Below, in pieces: positions 62,479 through 64,000 of a stretch of DNA of 64,000 bases. Position 1 is the first letter of the stretch. Each line of letters starts with the position of its first letter. The translations under genes were made by a program, and so were the position numbers. The notes under the pieces were generated by a model. The model saw only the letters and a list, made by a program, of their open reading frames with translations. It had not been told where the DNA came from and made no database searches. The DNA is taken from positions 434,001 through 498,000 of the forward strand of contig NW_027253544.1 in the NCBI RefSeq assembly GCF_044704955.1, read 5' to 3'. Source of the stretch: Pristiophorus japonicus (taxonomy: Eukaryota).

Positions 62479-62804
62479 TGGTTACATTGAGCTGCTCCCA
62501 CTGATATCTCCCCACACTTTACAGTAATAGGCGGCAGTGTCACTGGGCTGCACATTTGTGACTGTCAGAATGAAGCTGTTATTGGAGGTGTCTCTGGAAG
62601 GCTGGAGACGGTCAGTGGAACCTCGGCTTCCTCGTGTGCTGCCACTTGCCTCATGTGTTAAAACCCACTCCATATCTTGCCCCGGTAGTTGCCGGTACCA
62701 GTGCACATCGGTGTCACTCACTCTGGAGTGCCGCATGGTGCACTGTAACCGCGCCGTGTGACCCTCTGTGACACGTTCCAGGCCCGGAGACTGGATAACT
62801 ACTC
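62479..62804 (-). pseudogene. Germline-joined VJ exon V3, close paralogue of V2, with a 12-nt and a frameshifting 7-nt deletion
   Basis: Acceptor ttccccttaaag/, donor A/gtaagt; 326 nt = 345-12-7; gggagc[ggaaccc]agctc deletion gives TAA just before the donor. Confidence 0.92.
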
Positions 62805-63689
62805 CTTTAAGGGGAAAGGAAAGATAGAAATAGCTTGAAGACCATCGACAGATGGGGAGGTGTCCTACGTGCTTAAATGCAAAGCACAATATTGCATTGT
62901 TCAGCAAAATCAATTCCAATAATTAACTAGTAGAGTTAGTTAATTACTAATTCATGAGAAGAGAAACCTTTTAATGCAGAGCTTGTATTGAACTGTTGGC
63001 ACCATTGGGAGATTTGAACTCATGACGGGTTGCTAGTCTAGTCCCATAACCATTAGCCTAGCGGTTACTGTACTGGACAGTCTCCTTCCAATCAGTAATG
63101 ATAGAAGGATTCATCTGTAGTGCCATCAAGCGACACCTACTCATTAATAGCCACCTCTCTTTCCGTTGAGTTTCCACTTCAGCCATTCAGCTCCAGATGT
63201 CATAACAGCCTTGATGCAAACATGGACACAAGGCAGCTTTCCAATCTGTATGGCACCAAAGAGCCTCAACAAAATTAGGTAAATGGCCTGTAGCTGAGGC
63301 CATACCTAACACACAGGAAGATGTTTTGGTTGTCAGAGGACAATCATTTCAGCCCTGGGACATTATGCTTCGTTCCTTTGTCCCAACCATCTGCAGCTGC
63401 TTCATCAATGAATTTCCCTCCATCATAATGTCAGAAATGGGGCTGTTCACTTGTGATTTCCACAGCAGACCCTGGACTACATCTAGGCTTGGGTTGACAT
63501 TTGGCAGGTAACATTTGTGGCCTATCAATTGGCGCATTGAATTTACAATCCTCTTCCTCGCTGGAAGAGGAACCAGTGCTGTGGTGTAGGATTTAAATTC
63601 ACATCATGTGGGGGGGCGGGCAATGAAAGAACAAGATAAGGAAACAGAAAGGAAAGAAAAATGGACAAGGAATGTAGGAATAAGGAGTG

Positions 63690-64000
63690 GCCGTAGGTTC
63701 TATTAAGTCGGCCTGAGATGGCAGGCGGGGCCTCAGTTTAATGTTCATCTGAAAGACGGCACCTCCGACAGTGCAGCACTCCTTCAGTACTGCCCCTCCA
63801 ACAGTGCCATACTCCCTCAGTACTGCCCCTCCAACAGTGCCATACTCCCTCAGTACTGCCCCTCCGACATTGCAGCACTCGCTCAGTACTGCCCCTCTGA
63901 CAGTGCCATACTCCCTCAGTATTGCCCCTCCGACAGTGCAGCGCTCCCTCAGTACTGCACCTCCAACCATGCAGCACTCTCTCAGTACTGCCCATCCGAC
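63690..64000 (-). repeat. Deu/SacSINE1-like SINE core with a 33-bp tandem expansion (~7 copies, runs off the window)
   Basis: Minus strand gtgctgcactgtcggaggtgccgtctttcagatga; unit cagtgccatactccctcagtactgcccctccga. Confidence 0.8.

Noticed and set aside
10624-62804. Conventional rearranging IgL or TCR locus
   Set aside because: No RSS heptamer/nonamer next to the V exons, no separate J segments and no C1 constant exon found in the window
62805-62919. Hydrophobic N-terminus of ORF 62482-62919 (and of ORF 10506-10976) as signal peptides
   Set aside because: Non-ATG starts; this is intronic polypyrimidine sequence upstream of clear splice acceptors

Overview
Vertebrate genomic DNA, most likely a cartilaginous fish (shark). 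This is inferred from the repeat landscape: CR1 LINEs with (TTCTATGT)n-type tails, Deu/SacSINE1-like SINEs, RTE, L2, Harbinger and Gypsy elements. Most of the window is nested transposable elements. These include a young class I (gamma/epsilon-like) endogenous retrovirus with a 4-bp TSD and a tRNA-Gln PBS, three Gypsy LTR elements, and a young CR1 family with one intact ORF1 and one intact 968-aa ORF2. The non-repeat islands hold the main signal: three exons each encoding an antigen-receptor-type V domain already fused to a J-like GxG-T-x-L-x-V-T strand, with no recombination signal sequences. On the minus strand I could assemble by hand a phase-consistent five-exon model, spliced and only partly visible in the ORF track. 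It runs VJ (62804-62479), uncharged TM (62336-62202), then three cytoplasmic exons (61681-61608, 60578-60240, 58592-58293) and an AATAAA, giving a ~247-aa tail with several tyrosine motifs. On the plus strand two more VJ exons and a small ITIM-like exon (SIYSEL) are present. Together these suggest a multigene family of non-rearranging VJ-TM signalling (NK/NITR-like) receptors with no C domain. Every copy here carries a lesion. A CpG-island promoter with a short ATG exon and a putative Oct/Ets/E-box enhancer are also present.
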